Positions 12,201 through 24,383 of a DNA stretch of 49,788 bases are shown in pieces (position 1 is the first letter of the stretch; every line of letters begins with the position of its first letter). This stretch comes from Circinaria calcarea (Eukaryota): positions 1-49,788 of the forward strand of contig JAVECS010000009.1 of assembly GCA_051942165.1 (NCBI GenBank), in the 5' to 3' direction. Both the position numbers and the translations under genes were made by a program. The notes under the pieces are model-generated. The model did not search any database, was not told the origin of the DNA, and saw only the letters and a program-made list of their open reading frames with translations.

Positions 12201-13886
12201 GCTGCAAACATTACGAATTTGGGCACGAAATCGTTTAGGAAACAACATAAACGTCCGGCGGCACTAAAATCTTCTGATGAGCAGTCTCGTCCTGGAGACT
12301 CTGATGGAGCTACAGCGGCCGATGCAGTACCTTTGAAGCATCCAGTGGTCGAAGTACATAGGCATAAGGACTCCGCTGCATTGCGTACCAATTCATCAGT
12401 TGTCGCCCCGAACCGTGTCCTTGCACAGTTCAAAGGTAATTATCCAGGTTATTATCCGGCTACCTGTCTAGCAGTCATCAATGGAGGCCCAGAGCCTCAG
12501 TATAAAGTGCGCTTTGACGATGGGACCATTGACATTGTCACTGCTTATTGTGTGAAGCGACTGGAGTTGCAGATTGGCGACGGTGTGAAGGTCGATGTGC
12601 CAGGTGAGCGTACACATAATTATACGGTGCGAGGCTTCCGGGATAAGGAGACGCCTATACCTCTCGAAGTAGACACTCCTTCCCGGAGTAACAGAGGTGC
12701 ACAGTCTAGTGGTTCAAAGTTTCCTCCAACGGACATCTATGGTCACAAAACTATCATGTTGGCACCAAAGCAGTTGGGTGGAGTCGAAGAAAAGCTGGAG
12801 GCGATCCCTCTGACCCAGATATATCTCACCCAAGGAATGTGGAAACACCTCAAGGACCGCGAGTTTTCATATCAACCCTCGTTTGTAAACCGTGTATCAG
12901 GACTTCAGACGCCATCGGACCAACCTTCAACGCCGTCAAGCCCTGGATCTAGGATGCGACGGGTTAAGGTAGCTGCGCATTCGCTTTCTTCCCTTGCACG
13001 GCCAGTGAACCTATCTCGGAATGTCTCGCGTCTTTTCGAAAATATGGTTTTTAGTATTACAAACGTTGAAGAGCCCACTGTTCGAGAAAAGGTGGTACGG
13101 CAGATATGCTCATATGGCGGGAACATCCTTGATTCAGACCAGGGGTTTGCAGAACTTTTTGATGTACCAGCTCTCGAAATGGCCTCACCACGTAAAGGAG
13201 GTCGCACTAATGACAATGGCCATTTTCAACTGACAGCAACAGCTGTTAATCGTGGGTTTACCTGCCTCCTTGCCGACAGACACTGCCGTAACGCGAAGTA
13301 CATCCAGGCACTTGCGCTTGGGATCCCATGTCTAGCTACACGATGGGTCAAGGATTGCATCAGCAAAGGGCGAGTTTTGCCTTGGGAGCCTTATCTATTA
13401 CCCTCGGGTGAATCAGCCTTCTTGGGTGGCGCTACTCGAGCACGCCTCTTACCTCCCTCCGATCCGGAAGTCGTGCTACTCTCAACTATGGTAGAGAGCC
13501 GACCTAATTTCCTCGCCGACTGCTCCATCCTCCTCATCATCGGCAAAGGCAAAGGAGCCGAGTCGATGAAAGCATACCCCTTTATTGCGCACGCCCTCGG
13601 CGCCCGAAAGGTATCACGGGCTTTGAACCTTGAGGTGGCACGGCAGTCATTGTTAGAAGCTGAGGCTGCGGGTGAGGCATGGGATTGGGTTTACTACTAC
13701 GAGGGTGAGAACCGGGGGGAGAAGATCAGTCAGAGACAGGCGGAGAATACTCTCTTTGGAGGAGGGGGGAGTACGGGGAAGAAGAGAAAGAGGGGAGAGG
13801 GAACGGGAAAGAGGAAGACGAGAGTGGCGGTTACAGAATATGTGATTCAGAGTTTGATACTAGGACAGTTGATGGATGATGAGTGA
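9294..13886 (+). CDS. RAD9: DNA-damage checkpoint mediator Rad9/Crb2 (53BP1-like; Tudor + BRCT)
   Basis: Long S/T-Q- and S/T-P-rich disordered N-terminus, Tudor-like segment (VAPNRVLAQFKGNYPGYYPATC...YKVRFDDG) and tandem BRCT (LFENMVFSIT...KYIQALALGIPCLATRWVKDC). Exon 1 is 9294-9365; the intron starts at 9366 GTAAGC with its acceptor at 9425 (or 9404). Confidence 0.88.
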
Positions 13887-14574
13887 GTGGTTGCTGAGTT
13901 GGAAGTTGGATAGGGATTCAACATGTCATAGGATTGGATAGGAGATATTGAATCAATTGACAAGTTTCTCCACCGCTTGCAATGAAAGTGCGTGTGCCGT
14001 TGAGTTGGATCAGTCCATCAAAACCCCCTTTCCGAGTATTATCGTTTCAAATCCACAAATCCTGGAACCGAATACCCGGCCTCATACTTTTTTGGCTCGA
14101 TAACTTATATTCCCTCTCCCTACTCTCCCGATTCCCCCACTGGTGGACAATAGGGAGCTCCTAATCCCCCCCATTTCGAGCCTCACATGACCTTAATATG
14201 GCATGGCGCCAATAGCAATAGACGTCGAGAACTCTTCGGGCACTTCGACTTATAATTCAACCGTTATATATCTAAAAGAGGAAAATTTCCAATATGTCTA
14301 GACAGGATTCTAAAGCAAGAACAAATGCTGACGAAACGCGATAATGGAACGGATAGATAAATAATGGTGGCGACTGGCCGACATCATAAAAGACCGTACA
14401 TTTACTATCTTCTACCCCTGTGGGATGACTCCCGCCCCTTGGATACCGCGAAATATTCAGCAGACAGTACAGTAGATGTTGTTATATCTTATGGCCCACC
14501 GGCATTTAGCCCTCTTTAGATATGGTGACCTCTAAAATGTAATAGTATAGCGCTTTTCTCTTCCCACGTAAGCT

Positions 14575-17500
14575 CTAAATCTTCGCGCCCTTATGCTTCT
14601 TTGGCAATCGCACCAGCCAATAAATCCCCAGTGCCGCAAAGACGTTAAACACCGTGAACGCGGCCATGATGCCCAGGTTTCGCCAGCGGTCCGCATACGA
14701 GCTGCTCACGCTGGCTAGAAATGTGTTGGTATCTGCCACCGCACAAAACCGGCAGTCGCTCGAAGCGTTGGCGTTCGTGAGATACCCCCCGGTGGACGAA
14801 ATATAAGATTGCATGTACTCACCGCAGCTGTTTCCTGGAGTGGGTTGCAGCGTTAGCAGCTCGATGTCCGAACAGGTGGCGATGGTGTTGGCGATGCCCG
14901 TGCTAAGCATTGCGGAGATGAGGTAGGTGAATGGCGAGACTCGGTACATGAAGATCCAGAAGCCGGGTAGCGCGGTTGGGGTTGCGAGCACGCCGTTGAA
15001 TATGAGCATCAGCGAGAAGATTAAGTTAGCTATATTGCCACCTGTTTCGGCGAGCTCGATACCAGCAATTATCATGTGCGCGAAGGTCGAGCTGAAGAGC
15101 AGGAAGGACAAGATCAAGAGGAACATGAGGCCGCCGCGCTCCATGACAGCGTCGGTGGGCTCCGCGTTGCGGTAGAGGCCGCTAAGAGGAAGTTAGATGT
15201 GAGATTTCGTTATATTGGGGAGACGAGGTGGACATACATTGGGTAGTACCAACAGTAAAACATGAAGACTGCCATGAGGGTGTTCCAGCAAGCTTCGACG
15301 ATAATATTGACGCACATGAACGCTTGCCATGAGTAGATTTTGGCGGGACGCTCACGAGACTCGTAAAGGGCGCGTTGAGTAACAAAGTTAGGCATGATCT
15401 GCTGCACAAAATTGCCAAAAATGGTCAACAATATGAAAATCGAGAAAAGCTGGTTTTGGAGGCCTTGCTGGCTATTCTCCGATTTGAAGAAGGAAAAACC
15501 GATATACAATGCCTGCATAGCGTTAGTGGGGAGACTATCAGAAGATAAGGCATTACGAACTGTAAAGGTCGATAAAGCAAACTTGGAGTAAATATACGAA
15601 GGAGTACGCCAGTACTGGGAGAAGATCCTTCGTCCGCATTCCCAAATCTGCACCGAGAATGGCGCCCCATATTCTTCGTATCCGTCCTTATGCGTGTGGG
15701 AAGTTGCCAACGTATCCTGCCCGGACAGTTCCGAGATGAGATCCGCAAGATGCCTGTGAACTTCTTTGATTTCAGGGCTATCACGCCAGACTTGACGCCA
15801 GTCAACATCAGTAGAAGAGCCCGGTGCAGCGCCAATAACCTTCAATATCCATTCGGCGGGATTGGCCTCGATGGGACATAGCGGGCCACCGTTTCGTTCA
15901 AAGTAGCTAATCAGCGTCGAGGATTTCTCCCCAATATCGCCAAAATACACAGTCTTGCCGCCCTTAGAAAGGAACAAGAGACGATCAAATCGCTGGAAGA
16001 GCGTGGCAGAGGGTTGATGAATGGTACAGAGAATCGCCTGGCCATGTTTTGTCAAAGTCTCCAAGAGATTAAGAATCGACCAGGACGTCTGGCTGTCCAG
16101 ACCAGAGGTGGGTTCATCAAGGAAAAGAAGCAATTGCGGCTTAGCAACTAATTCCACGCCGATCGTGAGACGCTTCCGTTGCTCGACGTTCAGCCCTTCA
16201 CCTGGTACACCCACGATAGCATCGGCATACAGTTCCATATCTAGGAGCTCAATGACTTCTTCGACGTAGGCCATCTTTTCGTTGCGTGACGTGCTGGCTG
16301 GCTGCCGCAGAACGGCACTAAACCGAAGAGCTTCTCTGACTGTTGTAGTTGCAAGATGGAGGTCTTGCTGTTGGACGTATCCTGTCTTTCGCTGGAAAGA
16401 AGAATCCCTTTGACGGCCATCAACAAGCATATCTCCAGAGACCACGCCTGTTGTGACTCGGGCTGCGAGCACGTCCAGCAGTGTAGTTTTCCCGGCACCT
16501 GAAACACCCTATGCCAATAGTCAGTTGCCAGGTCTGAACTCAATCCGGCTTTAAACATTACCATGAGCGCTGTGCAAGTGCCAGGCTTCACCCATCCGTC
16601 AACGTGGTCCAGAATTCGCCTATCCTTGCGCTTGATCTTGATATCATAGCAAACATCCTTCCAATGGAAGACTGCGGTCTGCCGATGCATTACCGCACCG
16701 GCTTCCTCGTGTTTCGTGCTCTGTACCGGTTTAAGGTCTGCCGGGCCTTTGCTACCCTTTTCCTCATCAGGAGGGCGTTTGATAACCGTGATGGGAGCAT
16801 GGCCACGTCGGAACAGAAGAACTTCGCCTTTGGACTTGGCTTCCGAGATATATTCTGTTGCGAGAAGGTAAGTAGCACAGAAAAATATCATGAAGGCAAA
16901 GACGATGCCGAGATTCCTACTGTGAGTCAGCAGGGGAGCCTCGACACGAGTCTCAATTAACACAAGCCTACCTCCAAAGATGTGATTGGTAATACTGAAA
17001 GCTCTGGTTGATATACATATCACCGTCGATAACCGCCGCACCAGTAACTGCACCAACCGTGGAGCAAATCTTGTTCAGGCCAGACACGTCGTATCCAGGT
17101 CCCATGGGAACAAATCTTGAACAAGTGAAGATACGACCGGAAAATTCATTAATCATGAGAGCCTCAAAGGCATAGCTGATGGGATCGACATAATTCATCC
17201 ATCGAGACCATCCGAGCATGTCTCTAATCGGAATGGAGAAGCCAGTGTAGATAATAAGACCCAAGACGAGAAGCGCTGCTGGCGCCTGGGCCTGTGCAAG
17301 GGTCCTCGATAATGCACCAATAGTCCGAAAGATCATGGACATGGCCAATGTCGTTACAATTGAGAAAAGGAAGAAAGTAAAGAAGGCACCAGGAGTCCGT
17401 CGCAGATTCGTCAAGAAATATAGCGTCACATTGAATAATATAGCGTTAGTAAACTTGTAAGGTAGATCGCAAAGCATAGATGCCACGGCTTCGGCAAAGG

Positions 17501-19506
17501 GGTGGTAAAGTGCGTATCGAGAATGCTTTTCCACTATAGGTCGTTGGGCGTACAGAGTGAGGATCTGAAAATTGAATTGATAAGCTGGACTTCCATAGGG
17601 TTCAAAGATTCACATACCTCTAGAGCACTTGAAAACGCGTTGAGCAAGACGGCGAAGAAAAGGAGGGCACCTCTGCTATAGAACGAATTTGTATCTGGCT
17701 GGAGATTGTAAAAAACACTGCCAATGATCAAAGCCATCACGGTGTTGCCAATAAGTCCGGAGAGCGCGAGACTCATATCCCCACGTAATCTGTCAAAGCC
17801 ACGGCTAACACAAAGGCCGATTTGTTTCCCGATAGAAAGTGTGTATGGCGATTTAGCTCGTCTATCAGATTATCAGCTTTATCACTTTGAGATATCTCTG
17901 GAGCATATACTGTCCTCTAGATTGCTGCGCTCTGCGAGAAGTAAGAAACTGGCCCACCGACTCGCCTCCGATCGGAAATTGTGTCTCATAAGCTGTAATA
18001 TCCTTTTTGAGCTGAGCATAAGTACTACTCTTCTTCCAAGCTGCGGCGAACTCGTCCGGAGAGCGAGGAACCTTGTTTTCAAAGCCTGTTTTGACTATAC
18101 GTTCCTCGTCACTAGTTAAAGAGGTCAGAAAGTCAGGGGTAGTTTTTCGATTAGGACAGAGGAAGCCCATATCCAGGAAATATTTCTTGGCGTCCTCAGT
18201 CCGCCCGAAATAAATCTGTCGCCCTTCATAAAGAACAACGACCTTGTCAAAGATCTCAACCACAATTAGCCTGCTGCATGTGCCACTTGGGGTACTAGAG
18301 CTTACGTCATATGCACTCTGGGGTGCCTGGTAAATAGCCACACAGGCAGTGACGCCCATGAGGTCAGTCTGCGTCCTTAGAGTCTCACAAAACTCAATCG
18401 CGTTAGCGCTGTCCAGGCCACGAGTGCTGTTGTCCCAGCACTGAAGGGGACTTCCACTAAGGGCAGCTTCTGCAATTGAGACCCGCTTCCGCTCGCCACC
18501 AGAAACCCCACGGACAAAGTCGTTGCCAACCTTTGTGTTGACTGTATGAGAGAGACCGAACAAGGCCAGGGCAACATCTTTCATGTGCTCTGCATATCGT
18601 CCGCGGGATACACCGGGGATACGATTCCGTGGAGCCCTTGCCCGCGCGGCGAAAGCCAGGGTTTGGCCGACAGTGAGCTGTGGGAAGTGGACATCGACTT
18701 CTGCTGTGTAGATGGCTTCGCCACGGAATTGCCCGCGCATCTGGTTCGCTGATATACCTGTGAAATACTAAGAAATAGCCAAGGGATAAGGGAGCACTTC
18801 TACCTTGATAATTAATATAGGACTCAGGCTCGACGTAAGTGCCATTGTTCTCTCCAGAAATGGTTCTCAAGAGCGTTGTACAGCCACTGTGATGAGCATC
18901 AGCTTCAGCCTCGCCAACACTAGTATAGTCTCACCTCCCAGGGCGTCCCAGTACCACCAGCATCTCCCCACTTTTTACAAGCCCATCGAAGCTATCCAGA
19001 ATCTGTAGTTTATTCTTCCCTGACCCCGCGAGACGCCGTACCAAGGACCCGATCGAGAGGATAGAGTTGAAGACGTCCTTTTGGTAATCTGTCGGTGACC
19101 CAAACCCATGCACGCTCAGGTTCCGGAAGGCGATCCCCGCTGTACGCTGCGGATACCTATCCGGATCCCGCGAACGGATAGCCAATGCGTTCTTAATCCA
19201 TGCCCTTGCACTGAAGTTCGGCCCTCGTGGATTAAGCAGCGAGTCCTCACTTAGGCCGGTGAACGGGTTCTCGAGGGTTTCTTCACTGGAGAAGGAGGCG
19301 GATTGCCGCGTCAATCTTATCGCCAATCTGTTGACTTGCTCGTTGAGATCAACGGGGCGTTCATGGTCGTACTCGGGGTTGGAGGAGTTGGAAGAAACGC
19401 CATCAGGTGTTAGCGGAGCGATTTGCTCCCCCATTTGCATGCGAAAGCTTGTTTGCGGGCCATGACCGTGGGTGATGTTAGGGGTTATATTGTCCGGAAG
19501 AGACAT
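14575..19506 (-). CDS. Full-size PDR (ABCG) transporter, multi-exon
   Basis: NBD1 [21 protein letters not shown] and [13 protein letters not shown]2 [27 protein letters not shown] and [13 protein letters not shown]; two TMDs. About 9 GT-AG introns restore a continuous frame. Confidence 0.95.
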
Positions 19507-20118
19507 CAAACTAGCAGGGCAGGCTACCCGGCTACGACTTAACGTAGTGGAAGGAGAGTTGACAGACTGTAAGTCACGAATTGGGAATTATCGAATTCCC
19601 AGGGAGGGGGAATACATGGAAGTGGGAGGTAGAGTGATAGCCCATAGAATGTAGGAAAAGAAGACACCGAAAGTTCATGGAGATATATATAGGGAGAGAA
19701 GTACAGGATTGAGCGGAAGCACAGTTGCGTTTGTCAGATAACACTAGCAAAAGGGCGACGTGGACGGGGGCCTGGTCGGGTAGGACAGAAATTCCAGTTT
19801 TGAGAGTCGGGGTCCGTTTCTAAATTAGTATAATGTAACCGCGTCTTTCTTGTTGAGATTACCAGTCACTACCTACTAATTCTAAGACGTGTACATAACC
19901 TTTCTCCCTTTTCAACCCAAGCGACAATCTAAAGTCAACTTAAAGTAAATTCCCCGCTATTCTACCGGCTCTAGCTAGTTTACTTAAGACAGCGGGTGAA
20001 ATAGCTATTCTACACGATCTTATCAAGCTCCACAATCTCAGGATACAGACTTCAACTATTGCACATTTAAGGTAATACTCTAGAGGCAAGATATACACGC
20101 TAGAACAGTGCTTCAAGC

Positions 20119-20766
20119 TCAGTGCTTTTGGATGTCGGCGTACTCGCTCGCTAGATCCCCTAGATCTTCCCTGATTTCCTTTCCCTCCACAAACAGTGGC
20201 TTGCAATCCAATAGCACGAATAACATCCTTCCACTCTTGTCAGGGCTGGCGTTACGCCATTTGTGCATTGTTCCTCGGTTCACGCTCATGTCACCCGGAT
20301 ACATCATCTTACTGTCGCCGCTGTCAAGGGTGAACTCGAACACACCTTCAATAACGACCCCGTAATCGATTGACATGGCACGGTGCAGTGGCGACTCCAC
20401 TCCCGGTGCAAAGTCGATCAGGCGTGCGACGGTCCCATTTGGGACATGGATGCCTGGCTTTCAACATCGACATGATTATTAGCAGTTGTAAGCAGGGCGC
20501 TCGGAATATATAAAGATGGGAGTCACCTCATTATCGCGTGCATAAGTAATGTCCGCTTCGTTGTTCATGTCGACTGGGTTTGATGAGGTACTGTAGATTA
20601 TGTTGGCCACGCCTTTGCCGCGGACCATAACCCGATGGTGGCTGCCCTCATCATCACCGACAAAGATACCTTGCCCGGATTCGTTATGAGAGGTGACAAA
20701 ACGTCTCGCAGGCCGCAAGTCATCGGCAGGAAACTTGGTGATGGGACCTGTGTCCGAATTGGCCAT
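20119..20766 (-). CDS. Cupin-domain protein (FogC/VirC/SrdD-like aromatisation partner)
   Basis: [15 protein letters not shown]...[41 protein letters not shown]...[16 protein letters not shown]. Intron 20458-20526. Confidence 0.88.
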
Positions 20767-21062
20767 GCTCAGATGGCAAGGAGAGACGGAGAATGTGGGA
20801 GAAGGTTGGATAGGTATGATAGGGAAGAAGTTATGGTCAAAAATGGGAGGAACAATAAAAGGATACTACTCAGGATCAATGGAAATAGGCCCTTTCAACT
20901 GCTAAGTTGTTGGATTGTTCGTTTCAGGCTTATAGCTTATAGGATCACTTGGATGGCGCAAACGATGTGCGAACTGTGGTCATTACTGAGCGAGCATTTA
21001 TCTAATCCATTCCCGAAGATCTGCGGGCCCCTTTCCCCCAAACGAAGACACCGCCCCGTCAC

Positions 21063-22078
21063 TCACGTCTGCATTTGCAACGTTGCTCCACCATCTACTA
21101 GCCATCCCACACCTGTCACGTAGCTTGCTCTCGGGCTACTCAGAAACATAATGATATCCGATATTTCCTCGGTCTTGGCAATCCTCCCGAGAGGCACGAC
21201 TCGCTCCATTACCCGACCAAGTTCTGGATTGCCTGCCACTGCTGCCTCGATCATCGGTGTCTCGACCCATGAGGGGCATATGGCATTAACTCTAATGCCA
21301 TGTACGGCATTGTCTAGAGCTAAATACGGCTGGCATTAGCTTGCCGCTTCTAGGATGGGACCGCGTCCACGGATTATACTAACCGGCGTTACGTGTCAAG
21401 CCCAGCACCGCGTGTTTTGAGGTAGTGTATTGTACGATATGGTGAGTAGCAACGTACGAGTTGCAGGAGCCGAGATTGATGATCACTCCCCGACCAACAT
21501 CTCGGGGTCCATTACGTCCGGCTATGGTGATTGGAGACTGCTGCTTCATCACCTTACTCACGGCTTGAACGCAATGCAACACCCCACGCACGTTCACTCT
21601 CCAAAAGAGATCAAACTCTTCAATCGAGGCTTCGGCGACCTCTCGGGGTTCTCGGACACCTACCTGCAGGCATAGTGCTTATGTCAGCTTTTCTTCCGCC
21701 GAAGGAGCGAGAAATGAAAAGTTGTATCGTACTCCAGCACTGTTGACGCTGTAATCGATACGTCCAAACGTGGCCACAGCCTTGGCGACCATTTCTTCCA
21801 CGCTCTTGAGATCGGCCACATCAACCCGCAAGGCCAGAGCGCTATATTGAGGATTCGTGGCGAAGGCTATGCTGGAACTCGCAGCTGCTTGAGCCGATTC
21901 CAGATTGAGGTCAGCGAACACAACGCCTTGGGCGCCCTCAGCCGCATAGGCCAAGGCACAGTCCCGGCCAATCCCGCTGCCTGATTCATCAGTCTAATAA
22001 AAGAGGGGATGAGAAATCCAGTGCGGAACACTTACCAGCTCCCGTAACAAGCGCAATCCCGTTGATAATCAGAGACAT
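21063..22078 (-). CDS. Short-chain dehydrogenase/reductase SDR1 (FogB/VirB-like), 4 exons
   Basis: Spliced motifs ALVTGAGSGIG, RIDYSVNSAG, catalytic YTTSK, GIRVNAICPSWVETPM and ASYVTGVGWLVDGG. Confidence 0.9.
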
Positions 22079-22325
22079 TATGTGCAGAGTGATGTACAAG
22101 AACAAGCAGCTTCAGTGGATGTAGTCAAGTTGCGATATATTCAGTTCAATCTTGCTCGACGGAGAAGGTTATATTTATATTACGTTAAGCAGAAACTATG
22201 TCTGCCCCTGCAGGTTGTTATCTAGGGATAGCGATCGAGGCTGGTTGCCTGAAATATATCCGCCACTTCCAGCTTATTTTCTGGAAATCGTCACGAGGCG
22301 ATCCCAACATTCTTATCGAATCTCC

Positions 22326-22418
22326 TTCGGCTTTATAATGGCTTGCAGTTGCTTCTAGGTTTTCGGCTTTATATTAGCTCGCAATTGCTTCTAGTTTCTC
22401 GGCTTTTACAAATTGCTT
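22326..22418. repeat. Imperfect 36-bp tandem repeat (about 2.5 units)
   Basis: TTCGGCTTTATAATGGCTTGCAGTTGCTTCTAGGTT / TTCGGCTTTATATTAGCTCGCAATTGCTTCTAGTTT / CTCGGCTTTTACAAATTGCTT. CGG falls at 22328, 22364 and 22400. Confidence 0.8.
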
Positions 22419-22449
22419 ATAAAACTGCTCTCAATTTTGTAGTTTTGGA

Positions 22450-22470
22450 AAATCAGAAATCAGAAATCAG
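22450..22470. repeat. (AAATCAG)3 short tandem repeat
   Basis: Three exact copies of AAATCAG. Confidence 0.8.
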
Positions 22471-22494
22471 AATAATACGTCAAACGCTATATCT

Positions 22495-23770
22495 TCAAGC
22501 TTTATTTAATTTCGCGTAGCTGTTAACCAGCTGGTCTAGACGAAACATCCTCGTAAACAGCCAATCCTATCATCGTTATGCATTAGAGAACACAACCACT
22601 CCTGGAAAGGATTTTGTACTTACCCAGAATGTCCGCGGTAAGAATGCATCACACCAGCGTACTGTAAAGGTCGTGGCACCGTACCAAAACCATGCACTCG
22701 GTTTGGTCTTGGTAACTTCGTGCACAACTGCAGAAGCATATTGATGAGGGGTAATAGTCACTGAGTGGCGTTAGAGTTGGAGATTCGCAGGGCAACAGCT
22801 ATCACATACCAGGTGTTCTCCGTACATGGGAAACGAAGGTGTCCTCAATTGGGATATAAAGCGAGTCTACGGGTAGTCTGCGATTGAGATCGCTTTTGAG
22901 GATGTTGGTCCCTACTTCTCCGGATATGACATTTACAACGCGAACACTATCATTTTATGAGCAGGCTGTCTTTTGAGCGGCGATACGGTTAAAACAAACC
23001 CAAATGGCTTTACCTCAACTCGGAGCGTATTTCCGTAATGGTGAAGTGCCGCTTTGCTTGCATTATAGCTCGCTGCTGAGAGTCAGCATTTGGTCATGGT
23101 ATGCTAAACATGCTGCTTTACCTCCGTATACGTATGGAACAATGCCTCCCACAGACCCAATGTTGACAACTACACCCTTCGACTCCACCAGCATTCGGTG
23201 GAAGAATCGAAACATCCGCATAGGTCCAAACACATTGACTGCAAACATCTTCTCCACTTCCCGAATCTCTGTATCCGCCGCTGTCATAGTGTAGCCTGAG
23301 AATCAGCCAGTGACTTCTTTCAAGTCGTGCTGCTAACAGTCTTACATATACCACTAAATACACAGGAGCAGATTGTCAATTCCAGGTCTCCTAATTAGCG
23401 CGCCCTTTTCTTACGCATTGTTCACCAGGAAATCAAGCCGTCCGTTTGTGATATCTTCAACCTGCTTCCTCAGCGCATTGGTATCTTCGTCCTTGGTGAC
23501 ATCTGCGTCAAAGATATGGATATTCCGTTGTGTGAGATGGTCGCGAGGTTCATGGGGAAGCAAGGTCGCGATAACTGTGAGTCCTGAGCGACTTATTAGG
23601 GCTAGATTCCCTCTCGCTGCTAGAAGAAGCGAGTACCCTTTGCTCTGAATGCTTGAGCCAAAGCATCTCCAATGCCACCCTTTCCACAACTTGAGATGGA
23701 TTAGCTTACGACAGTATGTCGACGGTTGGTATGCTTACCCAGTGATTAGGGCAAATCTTTCATCAGTCAT
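22495..23770 (-). CDS. Short-chain dehydrogenase/reductase SDR2 (Ayr1-type fold; FogD/VirD-like), highly fragmented into exons
   Basis: Spliced: MTDERFALITG|CGKGGIG...GRLDFLVNNA|GI|CYTMTAADT...FAVNVFGPMRM...YNASKAALHHYGNTLRVEVKPFG|VRVVNVISGEVGTNILK. Stop TGA at 22495-22497. Confidence 0.88.
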
Positions 23771-24022
23771 GGCGTCTAGTATGGCAATAACATTCAACAT
23801 ACAAGAAGCATTGACGCACTGTGAAAATGATTATGCCTGTGGACATATTGGCTGTGGATTGCGGCACTACTATTCCACATATTGATACTAGGTACATCGG
23901 TTAACAAGCCAGTGAGAGTCGGAGGAGATGGATATCGAGTGCTGTCTTTCAGTAACGGAATCCTGCGGCAAGTCGTGCATTTTCGAACGCCTATTGGCTC
24001 AATTATCAGATTATGCTGTACC

Positions 24023-24033
24023 TCGATGATCGA
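24023..24033. promoter_or_regulatory. TCG-N5-CGA palindrome (TCGATGATCGA), SDR2/PKS divergent promoter
   Basis: Exact AflR-type inverted triplet site; a second copy lies 6 nt away. Confidence 0.6.
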
Positions 24034-24039
24034 GTTCGC

Positions 24040-24050
24040 TCGATTACCGA
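24040..24050. promoter_or_regulatory. TCG-N5-CGA palindrome (TCGATTACCGA), SDR2/PKS divergent promoter
   Basis: Exact match to the shared consensus TCGAYNAYCGA. Confidence 0.6.
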
Positions 24051-24383
24051 TGTCCTGCCTGACCCTATTGCGTTGCCGTAGGGCTGTCATTATAGTAATG
24101 AGGCAAAGGAGGCAAAACATTGAATATCGGAAATTGAGTGGCATCGCTCGGGGAAGTCAACGGTCTGACACAGCTCGATGTTGAGACTTTTTGGTAAATG
24201 GCATAAAAGTTACGAAGGCCTAAAATAAGTAGTAAATTAATCGATATCCTCTACAAGTACTTCAACCTGCTAAATACTGTTCGTTATAGCACAATCAACA
24301 CGCTTGATTTTACTACACCAACCAATTGTGCTGTACTTCAATGCCTATCAAGATCCCATGTGACCGAGCCTCAGCTACGTTTC

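Noticed and set aside
22326..22418. 36-bp periodic repeat as a CRISPR-like array
   Set aside because: Eukaryotic context, head-to-tail units without unique spacers, and no cas genes.
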